Assembly: GCA_964452455.1 (NCBI GenBank)
Contig: CAYVMA010000002.1
Span: forward strand, 6,283 to 70,282
Length of the DNA stretch: 64,000 nt
Reading direction: 5' to 3'
Source of the DNA: an uncultured Fervidobacterium sp.
GTDB taxonomy: Bacteria > Thermotogota > Thermotogae > Thermotogales > Fervidobacteriaceae
Shown here: positions 1 through 8,882 of the stretch, in pieces
Position numbering within the stretch: the first letter of the stretch is position 1
Layout: every line of letters begins with the position of its first letter
Notes under the pieces: generated by a model
What the model saw: only the letters and a program-made list of their open reading frames with translations
Databases searched by the model: none
Told to the model about the DNA's origin: nothing
Made by a program: the position numbers and the translations under genes

Positions 1-595
1 TCTTTTGTCCTTTTGTATCAGCCAAGAACTTTATCCCGTTTATCTCAAATGGTATAAGTTCTGGACCAGAGCCGTAAATCCAACCTGAGAATTCTTCAAG
101 ACCTTCTTTCTTAACAGCATTTCCCTCGGTTCTTTCAAATATACCTGCCGGTGAGAAAATTTCAACAAGGACTTCCAAAATGAGGTTTTTAAGCCTGTTT
201 ATTCCAAGTGTATTAAATTGAATTGTAAGATATTCATCGAACTTATCCACAATGAGTCCAGGTAATCCGTCAGCTTCACCAAAGACAACTCTGTAAGCAT
301 TCTCTTTTGTGATATTGTATCTATTTCTTATTGCTTGCAAAATTCTATTCTTTATAAATTCCCGGTTAATTTCCACCGGTTTTCTTGAAAGCAATCTGAC
401 CGTTATCTTAGATTTTGTATTGATGTATCCAATCCCCAAAAACTGATTTGCGAAAGTGTATACAAGGACTATATCTCCATCCTCAAAACTGCCTTCTATC
501 TTTTCAATTTCGTTATCGTAGACCCAAGGATGTCCATTAAATACACGACGTTTGATGTCTTTCTTTAAAATAACTTTCGCATTTCTGTTAACCAC
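1..595 (-). CDS. Class I SAM-dependent rRNA methyltransferase, N-terminal part (RlmI/YwbD-like with PUA-type N-domain). The C-terminal part lies outside the window.
   Basis: Not in the ORF track because the window edge truncates it. My reverse-strand translation from GTG at 595-593 gives VVNRNAKVILKKDIKRRVFNGHPWVYDNEIEKIEG...GEADGLPGLIVDKFDEYLTIQFNTLG. GAGGTG lies 9 nt upstream. Confidence 0.6.
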   Translation of the reverse strand, partial: MVNRNAKVILKKDIKRRVFNGHPWVYDNEIEKIEGSFEDGDIVLVYTFANQFLGIGYINTKSKITVRLLSRKPVEINREFIKNRILQAIRNRYNITKENAYRVVFGEADGLPGLIVDKFDEYLTIQFNTLGINRLKNLILEVLVEIFSPAGIFERTEGNAVKKEGLEEFSGWIYGSGPELIPFEINGIKFLADTKGQK

Positions 596-876
596 CGCCT
601 ATTTCACCTCTTAGCATGTCATATAATCATCGCCTACGGTTAAATTATAGCATAGATTTCGCTTTTCTCAATCGTGTTGGTATTTTGAAAAAAATTAAGT
701 AAACTCTCGGTATTAAATGGTCTAAACAATAAAACGTTATAAGATTCTTATAGCGAACGATTTCGGGATTTTTTACAGTGGGGCCTTAAGGATTATAATT
801 TTGTTGAAAAACGTTCGAGAATTAAACTTTTCATGAAAAAAACTCAACACTCTGGGGAAAGGGGAGTGGCTGCAAC

Positions 877-1185
877 ATGCGGATAAAGGAACATCCTATT
901 CTTAGTGTTCCAAGTGAGAAAACTTACTTAACGTTCTACTTTGAAGGGCAAATTGTTTACGCAACTTCGGAAGATACGATTGCAAGTGCTCTTATTGCAA
1001 ACGGCTTTGATGTTTTCGGTTTCACAGAGCACAACCATCCTAGAGGTTTTTTCTGTGCTATAGGTAAGTGTTCAGCCTGCCTTGTGGAAGTTGACGGGAT
1101 TCCTAACGTTAGAGCTTGTATAACCCCCGTAAGAGAAGGTATGCATGTCAAAATGCAGGTTGGAAGGGGGAAACCGAAATGGTAA
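877..1185 (+). CDS. Small (2Fe-2S)-binding subunit, HcnA / sarcosine-oxidase-alpha N-terminal-like.
   Basis: 102 aa with Cys cluster FFCAIGKCSACLVEVDG...VRAC. GGGGAAAGGGGAG lies upstream. The stop overlaps the next start (ATGGTAA). Confidence 0.75.
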   Translation: MRIKEHPILSVPSEKTYLTFYFEGQIVYATSEDTIASALIANGFDVFGFTEHNHPRGFFCAIGKCSACLVEVDGIPNVRACITPVREGMHVKMQVGRGKPKW

Positions 1186-3035
1186 GGCACGTCAAAGCAC
1201 TCGTTGTCGGTTCAGGACCAGCTGGATTAACTGGAGCAATTGCTATAGCAGAATCTGTTGGTGATGGTAAAGATGTGGTAATTATAGACGAAGGAATCGA
1301 ACCTGGTGGTCAACTTCCAAAACAAACACACAAATTCTTTGGTCACGAAGGATTCTACGCCTCAGTGAGAGGGTTTGAAATTGGAAACTTACTTGTCAAA
1401 AAAGTTAAAAGTCTTGGGGTTGAAATAATACAGCAAGCAACAGTAACAGGTATATATGAAGACGCAATAACTGTTTACGATAGAGTAAACAACATTGTGA
1501 ATGAGTATTTAGCAGATTATCTGCTAATTGCAACCGGAGCAACAGAAAAGTTTCTAGCATTCAAAAATAATACGCTTCCAGGTGTTTATGGAGCAGGTGC
1601 TGTTCAAACGCTGATGAACCAATACAGAGTTCTCCCAGGTCAATCGTTCCTTATAGTCGGTGCAGGTAATATAGGGCTTATCGTTGCATATCAGTTAGTT
1701 CAGGCTGGTGCAAAAGTAAAAGCTATTGTTGAGGCTTCATCACATGTTGGTGGATACGCCGTTCACGCGAATAAAGTCAAAAGGCTTGGAATACCAATAT
1801 TGCTTAGACATACGATTCTTGAGGCGATAGGGAAAGACAAGGTCCAAGGTGCAGTTGTGGCCGAAGTTGATGAAAGATTTAAACCTATACCGGGAACGGA
1901 AAAAGAATTTGTTGTTGATGCCATATGCCTGGCTGTTGGTTTGCAACCAAATGTTGAGCTTGTTGCTCAAACTGGCGCAAAACTTGTTTACATACCCGAA
2001 TTAGGAGGGTATGTGCCTTTGCGTGACGAGAACATGAGAACAACCGTACACAATGTATTTGTCGCTGGAGACCTCTCTGGAATAGAAGAAGCAACGACTG
2101 CTATGATTGAAGGATACATTGCCGGTTACAATATTGCACAAGAACTAACGGGAAAACCATTTGAAGAAAAGATTAAAAAGATGAAAAAAGAGCTCGAAGA
2201 GTTTAGAAGAGGTCCTTTCTCCAAAAAGGTTAGGGACGGACTAAGAAAGATGGGAATTGTGTTTCCTGAAGGTGGATACAGGGAAGAACAACAAATTGAC
2301 AAAGGACCAATAGGAAAATTAAGGGCGGTTATAGAATGTCCACAAGCTATACCTTGCAATCCATGTGAAACGTCTTGTCCAACGGGAGCCATAAGTGTCG
2401 GTGCTAATATTAACGGCATACCACAAATAGATTATACCAAGTGTATCGGTTGCGGTGTGTGTGTTATGAAATGCCCGGGGCTTGCAATATTTATGGTTCA
2501 GGAGAAGGATGAGTACTCTCTTGTTGGTATCCCATACGAGCTACTTCCAATACCTGAAAGCAGTATGAAAGTAAAACTTTTAGACAGAGAAGGTAAGGAC
2601 GTTGGCGATGGAGAAATAGACCATGTGGTTCTAAACAACAAGGGAAAAACACACATAATATTTCTCAGAGTGCCAAAAGGATACGAAGATGTAGTTAGAA
2701 GCTTCCGAATACCGGCTAAGTCAGAGGAATTTATCTGTAGATGCGAGGAAATAACAAAAGAAGATATCGAAAGAGTTATAGACATGGGCATTACAGATTA
2801 CGAAGAACTTAGACGAGTACTAAGAATAGGTATGGGACCGTGTGGTGGAAAGACCTGCAGGACTTTAACTTTACAAATCCTTTCAGAGAAGACAGGTAGA
2901 CCTATTTCTGAAATAGAACTTGGAGCCTACCGCCCCCCAACAATGCCGACTCCATTTGAAGCTGTGGTCAAGTCCGAATTGACTGAGAACAGTGAGATTT
3001 CTGGCAACATACAAGGGGGTGTCAAAGATGAGTGA
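1179..3035 (+). CDS. FAD/NAD(P)-binding pyridine-nucleotide-disulfide-type oxidoreductase fused to a 2x[4Fe-4S] ferredoxin domain and a BFD-like [2Fe-2S] domain (HcnB / proline dehydrogenase alpha-like).
   Basis: Two dinucleotide folds (VVGSGPAGL, IVGAGNIGL). Cys motifs CPQAIPCNPCETSCP and CIGCGVCVMKCP. BFD-like CRCEEITKEDI...GPCGGKTC. Start moved from 1116 to the ATG at 1179, which overlaps the upstream stop. Confidence 0.8.
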   Translation: MVRHVKALVVGSGPAGLTGAIAIAESVGDGKDVVIIDEGIEPGGQLPKQTHKFFGHEGFYASVRGFEIGNLLVKKVKSLGVEIIQQATVTGIYEDAITVYDRVNNIVNEYLADYLLIATGATEKFLAFKNNTLPGVYGAGAVQTLMNQYRVLPGQSFLIVGAGNIGLIVAYQLVQAGAKVKAIVEASSHVGGYAVHANKVKRLGIPILLRHTILEAIGKDKVQGAVVAEVDERFKPIPGTEKEFVVDAICLAVGLQPNVELVAQTGAKLVYIPELGGYVPLRDENMRTTVHNVFVAGDLSGIEEATTAMIEGYIAGYNIAQELTGKPFEEKIKKMKKELEEFRRGPFSKKVRDGLRKMGIVFPEGGYREEQQIDKGPIGKLRAVIECPQAIPCNPCETSCPTGAISVGANINGIPQIDYTKCIGCGVCVMKCPGLAIFMVQEKDEYSLVGIPYELLPIPESSMKVKLLDREGKDVGDGEIDHVVLNNKGKTHIIFLRVPKGYEDVVRSFRIPAKSEEFICRCEEITKEDIERVIDMGITDYEELRRVLRIGMGPCGGKTCRTLTLQILSEKTGRPISEIELGAYRPPTMPTPFEAVVKSELTENSEISGNIQGGVKDE

Positions 3036-4179
3036 AGTTAAAAAGTATGATGTATGCATAATAGGTGGGGGTATAACAGGAACTGCGTTGGGGTATTTCT
3101 TGTGCAAACTTGGAAAAACTTCTGTTGCCATATTCGAAAAATCCTACCTTTCATCAGGCTCAACGGGTAGATGCGCTGGCGGAATTAGACAACAATGGTC
3201 GACTAGACCAAATGTGCGTTTAGCAATGAGAAGTGTTAAATTATTCGAAAGATTCAAAGAAGATGTTGGTATGGATATAGAATACAAACAGGGTGGCTAT
3301 TTGGTGCTCTCATATAGCGAAGAAGAAGCTGAACAATTTGAAAAGAACGTTAAAATGCAACGTGAAGAAGGACTAAACGTAGAAATTCTTACTCCTAAAC
3401 AGGTTTCTGAAAGATACCCGTACATAAACACCGAAGGGTTGGTTATGGCTACATTCTGCCAAACGGATGGTCATGCCAATCCGCACAAAGCTGTTATTGG
3501 TTATGCACAAGCAATTAGAAGAATGGGTGGACACATATATACCCACACAGAAGTAAAGAATATTGATGTTGCAAACGGGAAAGTTATAGGCATCGATACG
3601 ACAGCAGGTTATTTTGCATGTGATATAGTCGTCAATGCCTCTGGACCATGGTCAAATGAGGTCTCAAAACTTGTCGGTGTTGACCTTATGACCGAGAGTT
3701 ACAGACATCAAATTTTGGTGACCGAGCCTTTAGAAAACTTCTTCCCAATGATGGCAATAAGCTTTTCCGGTAATTTTTACATGCGTCAGACCCTCCATGG
3801 ACAATTCATAATGGGACAAGGTGATAAAGATGAAAAACCAGGACTTAACTTCAACGTCACGTACAAATTTGAAAAAGAGCTAGCAAGTAAAATGGTTAAG
3901 ATTTTCCCATTCCTAAAAAATGTCAGGATAATACGACACTGGAGTGGAATGTACAACATGTCACCTGATGCTCAGCCGATAATTGGTGCAAGCGAAAAGG
4001 TAAAAGGATATTATTACGCAGTAGGCTATTCAGGCCATGGTTTCATGGTAGCACCTGCTGTTGGTGAAGCACTTGCCGAATTGATAGTTTTCGGGAAAAC
4101 GCTACACACAGATATTTCTTACCTTGATATTAAGAGATTCGAAGGACAGGTTTTGGAAAGAGAGAAAAATGTGGTATAA
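3028..4179 (+). CDS. FAD-dependent oxidoreductase, DAO family (sarcosine oxidase beta / L-proline dehydrogenase beta / HcnC-like).
   Basis: DVCIIGGGITGTALGYF and SSGSTGRCAGGIRQQW motifs. ATG at 3028 overlaps the upstream stop (ATGAGTGA). Confidence 0.8.
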   Translation: MSEVKKYDVCIIGGGITGTALGYFLCKLGKTSVAIFEKSYLSSGSTGRCAGGIRQQWSTRPNVRLAMRSVKLFERFKEDVGMDIEYKQGGYLVLSYSEEEAEQFEKNVKMQREEGLNVEILTPKQVSERYPYINTEGLVMATFCQTDGHANPHKAVIGYAQAIRRMGGHIYTHTEVKNIDVANGKVIGIDTTAGYFACDIVVNASGPWSNEVSKLVGVDLMTESYRHQILVTEPLENFFPMMAISFSGNFYMRQTLHGQFIMGQGDKDEKPGLNFNVTYKFEKELASKMVKIFPFLKNVRIIRHWSGMYNMSPDAQPIIGASEKVKGYYYAVGYSGHGFMVAPAVGEALAELIVFGKTLHTDISYLDIKRFEGQVLEREKNVV

Positions 4180-4180
4180 T
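4153..4180 (+). promoter_or_regulatory. Candidate sigma-70-type promoter (TTGGAA, 16-nt spacer, TGgTATAAT) for the REC-GGDEF gene. It is embedded in the last codons of the upstream CDS.
   Basis: The motif was read directly. The extended -10 TGGTATAAT at 4172-4180 overlaps the TAA stop at 4177-4179. Confidence 0.45.
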
Positions 4181-4230
4181 TTAAGTAGTATTAGAAAAGC
4201 ATACTGGTTTTGAGGGGCGTTGGTAGTAAA

Positions 4231-5646
4231 ATGGACAAGAAAGTCCTTATAGTTGACGACAGTAAATTTTGGAGGATGGTTCTTCAAAGTATCCTAGAGA
4301 AATTAGGAGTAAAACAGATAATTGCTGCTGAGGATGGAACAAAAGGTATAGAAATTGCCTTAAAAGAGCTACCAGATATAATCATTACCGACTACAATAT
4401 GCCTGGAATATCAGGTCTTCAAATGTCCCTTTATCTTAGGTCGATACCCGCGTTTAAAAACGCGGGTATCGCTGTTTTAACTGGTTCTGATGATGTCATA
4501 AATGAGTTCTGGGCTGCGCATAGCGGTGCGAACAAATTTATCTCTAAACTTCTTTCAAAAGACGTGCTTGAAAAAGAACTTCAAGGATTTCTTTCTGGTG
4601 GATACTCTTCTTCTAAGGCAAAAGAAATGTTTTACGCAACAAGTATCTATGATGTTCTCGAACAAAAGATGCGAACAGAAATACTGAACAGAGAGATACT
4701 TTCTCTCATTCAATTCGCAAGAGATGAACTTTACGTCATCCAGCAACTCAAGAATTTTTTAGAATTCTTCTCCCGTTTTACTGGGCTTGCTTTCCTTCTT
4801 TTATCACCAGTTGAGGGGCGAATTTACAATTTTGGCTTGCCGTTAAGTAAAATGATGAGTAAAGAAAAGTTGCTGAGTTCGTTTGAAAAACCATTAGAGC
4901 CTTCCAATTGGTCTTACTTTGGTAATTTTGGTTCGGAATTCAACGTAGATGGTTTGGAAACCGTTGTTATCAAATATCAAGAGAGTGAAATAGGACTAAT
5001 CGCATATACAAATCCAACAGATAGGTGGAGTTTGAACAAAGTTTTAAATGAAGCAAGTGAAAGCTTATCACTTCTTTTTAATACATTGAATATTTTCAGG
5101 GAACTCAAGGTTGCATCTACCGTTGACGGCTTAACGGGACTATTCAATAAGAAGGAACTATTGAGATTCCTTGAAGAGACTCATAACCTGGCCAAAATAA
5201 ACAGAACGATATATTACGTTGCAATGTTCGATATTGACAACTTTAAAAAGGTGAACGATACATACGGACATTTAGTGGGTGACGAGGTATTAAAGATTGT
5301 TGCAGCGATTCTGAAAGAGGAGATATCAGGAAAAGGTATAGCAGGAAGGTATGGTGGAGAAGAATTCTGTCTTATCATAACAAAGGTGTCGAACAGCGAC
5401 GAGGTTGTTGACTTAATTGAGAAAATCTTAGCTAGAGTTAGAAACACTCAATTCCCACACGGTAAATGCACCATTTCTTGTGGTGTTGTGAGTTCGGAAG
5501 GTTATGAATCCCCGACTGAAGTGTTGAAAGCAGCGGACGACCTACTCTATATATCGAAAAAAACCGGAAAAGACAAAGCAAGTTATATGTTCCTTCCAAA
5601 AAATAATGTCCTGCTCAGCCAAGCACAACATCAAGAGCAGACATGA
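4231..5646 (+). CDS. Response-regulator receiver domain, unknown middle region, then a GGDEF diguanylate cyclase.
   Basis: REC N-terminus (KVLIVDDSKF...ITDYNMPGISG). C-terminal GGDEF with intact active site RYGGEEFCLI. Start moved to the ATG at 4231 (MDKKVLIVDD). Confidence 0.85.
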   Translation: MDKKVLIVDDSKFWRMVLQSILEKLGVKQIIAAEDGTKGIEIALKELPDIIITDYNMPGISGLQMSLYLRSIPAFKNAGIAVLTGSDDVINEFWAAHSGANKFISKLLSKDVLEKELQGFLSGGYSSSKAKEMFYATSIYDVLEQKMRTEILNREILSLIQFARDELYVIQQLKNFLEFFSRFTGLAFLLLSPVEGRIYNFGLPLSKMMSKEKLLSSFEKPLEPSNWSYFGNFGSEFNVDGLETVVIKYQESEIGLIAYTNPTDRWSLNKVLNEASESLSLLFNTLNIFRELKVASTVDGLTGLFNKKELLRFLEETHNLAKINRTIYYVAMFDIDNFKKVNDTYGHLVGDEVLKIVAAILKEEISGKGIAGRYGGEEFCLIITKVSNSDEVVDLIEKILARVRNTQFPHGKCTISCGVVSSEGYESPTEVLKAADDLLYISKKTGKDKASYMFLPKNNVLLSQAQHQEQT

Positions 5647-6364
5647 TTAAAAAACCGAATATGAGAAAGTAAGTAGATAGCCGTTCATTTCCACGTAAAT
5701 GTGTCTCAGGTATAACCTCATCGCTCACAACAAACACCATAGCACCTGCTGCAAATGCCAACATATATGGTAAAAGTCCTTTGCTAATTAATATCAGTCC
5801 TGCACCAAATATTCCACCGAGAATTTCAACAACACCAGTTAGCAAGGTAATTAATAATGAAAACGGTATTGAATATCCCGCATTCATTAACGCAATCATT
5901 GTAGCAGCCCCTTCTGGAATATTCTGTGCACCAATAGCTACTGCAACGCTCAGCGCTTCAGGAGTGTACCCACTTATGCCAACCGCCATACCTTCTGGGA
6001 AGTTGTGAATTGTTATAGCTATTATGAAGAGCCATATCTTTGACAGTCTCTTAACATCTGCTCCTTCGTGACCTTTCAAAAAATGTTCATGTGGCGAATA
6101 CTTATCCATTAAATCTACAAGAACTGCACCAAGCAAGAAACCTATGGTAAAGCGTAAAACTCCACCTATTTCAAGCGAAGGACCTGCTAAACTAAAAGCA
6201 CTTGCTGCAAGCATTATGCCTGCAGCCATACCCATCAACGAATCGATAACCTTTTCTCCAAGGTGTTTGTGAAATAATAGCAACGGTACTGCACCAAGCA
6301 CAGTTGAAAGTCCAGCCAGTGTGCTAAGAATTGTTCCCTTTAAGAATTCCTGAGCCAGGATAAT
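5615..6364 (-). CDS. ZIP-family divalent metal (zinc) transporter, ZupT-like.
   Basis: Multi-TM protein with HNFPEGMAVG and GAQNIPEG motifs. The ORF-track start (GTG at 6301) removes the first TM helix. The in-frame upstream sequence ILAQEFLKGTILSTLAGLST has only ATT, ATC or CTG as possible starts after a GGGGGTG SD, so the start is uncertain (6301-6364). Confidence 0.75.
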   Translation of the reverse strand: MILAQEFLKGTILSTLAGLSTVLGAVPLLLFHKHLGEKVIDSLMGMAAGIMLAASAFSLAGPSLEIGGVLRFTIGFLLGAVLVDLMDKYSPHEHFLKGHEGADVKRLSKIWLFIIAITIHNFPEGMAVGISGYTPEALSVAVAIGAQNIPEGAATMIALMNAGYSIPFSLLITLLTGVVEILGGIFGAGLILISKGLLPYMLAFAAGAMVFVVSDEVIPETHLRGNERLSTYFLIFGFLIMSALDVVLG

Positions 6365-6403
6365 ACTGACACCCCCAACTTTAGTAATGCCCTACCTATA
6401 AGT

Positions 6404-6412
6404 ATTCTAACA
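6404..6412 (-). promoter_or_regulatory. Candidate extended -10 element (TGtTAGAAT) upstream of the ZIP transporter.
   Basis: Reverse complement of attctaaca. A TTGTTT -35-like hexamer lies 17 nt upstream. Confidence 0.35.
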
Positions 6413-6447
6413 CAAAGTATAAAATTAAACAATATATTTATGACTGT

Positions 6448-7710
6448 TCAAGCATTTTGCTGCACTGCAAGATTTGGGTCATAAGCCTCGTCTGGAGCCT
6501 TAATAAGAAAGCCAACAATTACAATCGTAGAAATGATATTCACTGTCAAGAAGAACCAAAATGCATCGATTCTGTCAAGAAGATACCCATACAATGCGGA
6601 TGAAATTGGAACACTTCCCATCGAAAAAAGTGACAAAACGGAAAAGACCCTTGAGCGCAACTCAGATGGAACTAGCATTTGAAGATTTGCACTAATCGGA
6701 ATATTGACCAATACATTGAAGAAACTAACGACAACTGTGCCAGCGATGAAGAACATGTACAATGTTTCCTTGCCAAGCCCAAAATAGGGCATAATAAATA
6801 CAGAGAAAAGCACCGTAAATGTTTGTCCGAGTAATAGCCCCCAAGATATTAGAAATTTGGAGCTAAATTTATGAAGAAAGAACATAATTGCTATATTTCC
6901 TAATAACGCTCCTATTGTTCCAAAGACTTGTAATGTACCAAATTGTGTTGCGGAAAACTTTAGTACTGTTCGAAGAATATACGGGAATACAACACTAAAG
7001 AGAGGTGACATAAGGAAGTTTATTACTATAGCAAAAGTAAATAGGAACTTTAACCCTCGGTTTTTAACAACAAATTTGATTCCTTCAGAGAGCTCACCAA
7101 CAAAATTAACTCTTCCTTCTTTGGGATGATGATTATAAATAATGAACATTTCACTGACTCCTGATAATATGTATAATACCGACGTCATAAGAAGGACATT
7201 AGTCAATCCGTAGTAACCGTATAACATAGAGCCAACGATAGGTCCAATAATGTTAGCCCCACTATTTGCCATGGCATTTAACGATGTTGCCCTTTTGAGA
7301 TTTTCTTTCCTTACAACATCTCCAAACATGGCTCCGGTAGGCCCATCGAAAAGCCCGTCACAGAACGAAAGGATTGCTCTAAACACAAGAAGCACCCTTA
7401 CATTCATCCTGTTATTAATAGCAATAAGCCATAGAATAAATAACAACAGTCCTCTCAGTTCATCAAGAAGAACCATAATAGTCTTTCTGTTAAGCCTATC
7501 TCCAATAACTCCTCCAATAGGTGTTGAAAACAATCGTGGTAATATTCCAAGAACCGTGAATATCCCCATCATTGTTCCCGAACCCGTCTTATCTAAAATA
7601 TACAACGGCATAGCTACAAGCAAAGCCGCTGCACCTAAAACAGATTCGAATCGCCCACTAATTATCAACGCTAAATTTCTTTTCTCATACTTGTACAGCT
7701 CTTCTGACAT
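6448..7710 (-). CDS. MFS transporter.
   Basis: About 12 predicted TM segments and a GGVIGDRLNRK loop motif typical of MFS. Start moved to the ATG at 7710 (MSEELYKY), preceded by GGGAGGG. Confidence 0.8.
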   Translation of the reverse strand: MSEELYKYEKRNLALIISGRFESVLGAAALLVAMPLYILDKTGSGTMMGIFTVLGILPRLFSTPIGGVIGDRLNRKTIMVLLDELRGLLLFILWLIAINNRMNVRVLLVFRAILSFCDGLFDGPTGAMFGDVVRKENLKRATSLNAMANSGANIIGPIVGSMLYGYYGLTNVLLMTSVLYILSGVSEMFIIYNHHPKEGRVNFVGELSEGIKFVVKNRGLKFLFTFAIVINFLMSPLFSVVFPYILRTVLKFSATQFGTLQVFGTIGALLGNIAIMFFLHKFSSKFLISWGLLLGQTFTVLFSVFIMPYFGLGKETLYMFFIAGTVVVSFFNVLVNIPISANLQMLVPSELRSRVFSVLSLFSMGSVPISSALYGYLLDRIDAFWFFLTVNIISTIVIVGFLIKAPDEAYDPNLAVQQNA

Positions 7711-7816
7711 AAATCTGGTCCCTCCCGCTTTTACATATTTTGTCCTAGTGCAAATATATTTTATAGTTAGCAAATATTTTTGTCAAGTATTCAAATTATT
7801 TTGTGTAAAAAAACAA

Positions 7817-7846
7817 TTCGGAAAGCGAATGAATTTGTGGTATAAT
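7817..7846 (+). promoter_or_regulatory. Candidate promoter with extended -10 TGGTATAAT upstream of the M42 peptidase gene.
   Basis: tgtggtataat at 7836-7846. The -35 (TTCGGA) is weak. Confidence 0.4.
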
Positions 7847-7883
7847 TTTAAATGCGTGCAGAGAAGTGATAGGGGGGATTAGA

Positions 7884-8882
7884 GTGAAACGTAGATTATT
7901 TGACCATAGTGAACTAATCGAGTTATGCGAAGTACCTGGTGTATCTGGTAGGGAAGAACGTGTAAGAGAGAAAATCTCTGTTATGTTAGGTGTAGAGAAA
8001 TCTGAGCTAAAGACTGACAAGATTGGGAATTTAATCTTTGAGAAGAAAGGTTTGTCCAATGAAAAAGAGGTACTCTTAATGGCACACATGGATGAGATAG
8101 GTTTTTATGTTTCCTCACTTAGGGCAGACGGGAAATTAGAAGTAAAGAACGTTGGAGGAATCGTTGAAGAAACTTTACCCGGTTCTTTTGTTCAGGTATT
8201 TACGAAAACCGGTGTGATTGACGGCGTAATTGGTGCAGTTCCACCTCATCTTAAAGCAGACGGAGGAGCTTTTGAAAAGGTTGTCGATGTCGGTGCTAAA
8301 AGTATGAATGAACTTGTAGAATTGGGAATTGATGTTATGGATTATGTAGTCTTTAGGAAAACTTACGCTTTATTGAACTATGATTACTTGGCAATGAGAA
8401 GCTTAGATGACAGGTTTGGTTGTTTCACACTTATTGAAGTCTCACGTAATGTTCATCCACGTTCAACAGTTGTCTTTGCCTGGACAGTACAAGAGGAAGT
8501 TGGGCTTCGTGGTGCAAAAGCTCTCGCAAGTATATATAATCCCGACTTAGCTATTGCAATCGATTCTTTTGCATGTTGTAGTAAACAAAATGCTCACATT
8601 GAACTTGGAAAAGGACCTGTGGTAAGGGCTTTCGATAATAGCTCCATATCCAGCTACGAGATTACCAAATTCATTGTTTCATTGGCACACAAGGAAGGAA
8701 TACCGATACAAATTGGTGTAACTGGTGGTGGCAATGATGCTAGTGTTTTCGTTGAGAAAGGTGTGCCCATGGTTGCTTTGAGTGTGCCTGTGAGATATCT
8801 GCATTCTCAAGTTGAGATGATTAACCTAAATGATTTGGAAAACCTTATCAAATTGCTTACGAAATTCTTGGAGGTGTTCTGA
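7884..8882 (+). CDS. M42-family metallopeptidase (FrvX / glutamyl aminopeptidase / CelM-like).
   Basis: LLMAHMDEIGF, SLDDRFGC and WTVQEEVGLRGA motifs. GTG at 7884 follows AGGGGGG. Confidence 0.85.
   Translation: MKRRLFDHSELIELCEVPGVSGREERVREKISVMLGVEKSELKTDKIGNLIFEKKGLSNEKEVLLMAHMDEIGFYVSSLRADGKLEVKNVGGIVEETLPGSFVQVFTKTGVIDGVIGAVPPHLKADGGAFEKVVDVGAKSMNELVELGIDVMDYVVFRKTYALLNYDYLAMRSLDDRFGCFTLIEVSRNVHPRSTVVFAWTVQEEVGLRGAKALASIYNPDLAIAIDSFACCSKQNAHIELGKGPVVRAFDNSSISSYEITKFIVSLAHKEGIPIQIGVTGGGNDASVFVEKGVPMVALSVPVRYLHSQVEMINLNDLENLIKLLTKFLEVF

Noticed and set aside
1116-1178. N-terminal extensions in the ORF track. Examples are 1116 for the oxidoreductase, 2992 for the DAO protein, 13839 for glmU, 21963 for fabZ, 24189 for acpP, 34005 for Asp23, 43956 for niaR and 53632 for rpsP.
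   Set aside because: In each case a downstream start has a proper Shine-Dalgarno sequence, gives the family-typical N-terminus and removes overlap with the upstream gene. The extensions are artefacts of the longest-ORF rule.
7250-7882. 210-aa plus-strand ORF that lies almost entirely antisense to the MFS transporter gene.
   Set aside because: It has a low-complexity, Ser/Pro/Ile-rich translation, no SD and no motif. It is fully explained as a shadow ORF opposite a well-supported membrane protein gene.
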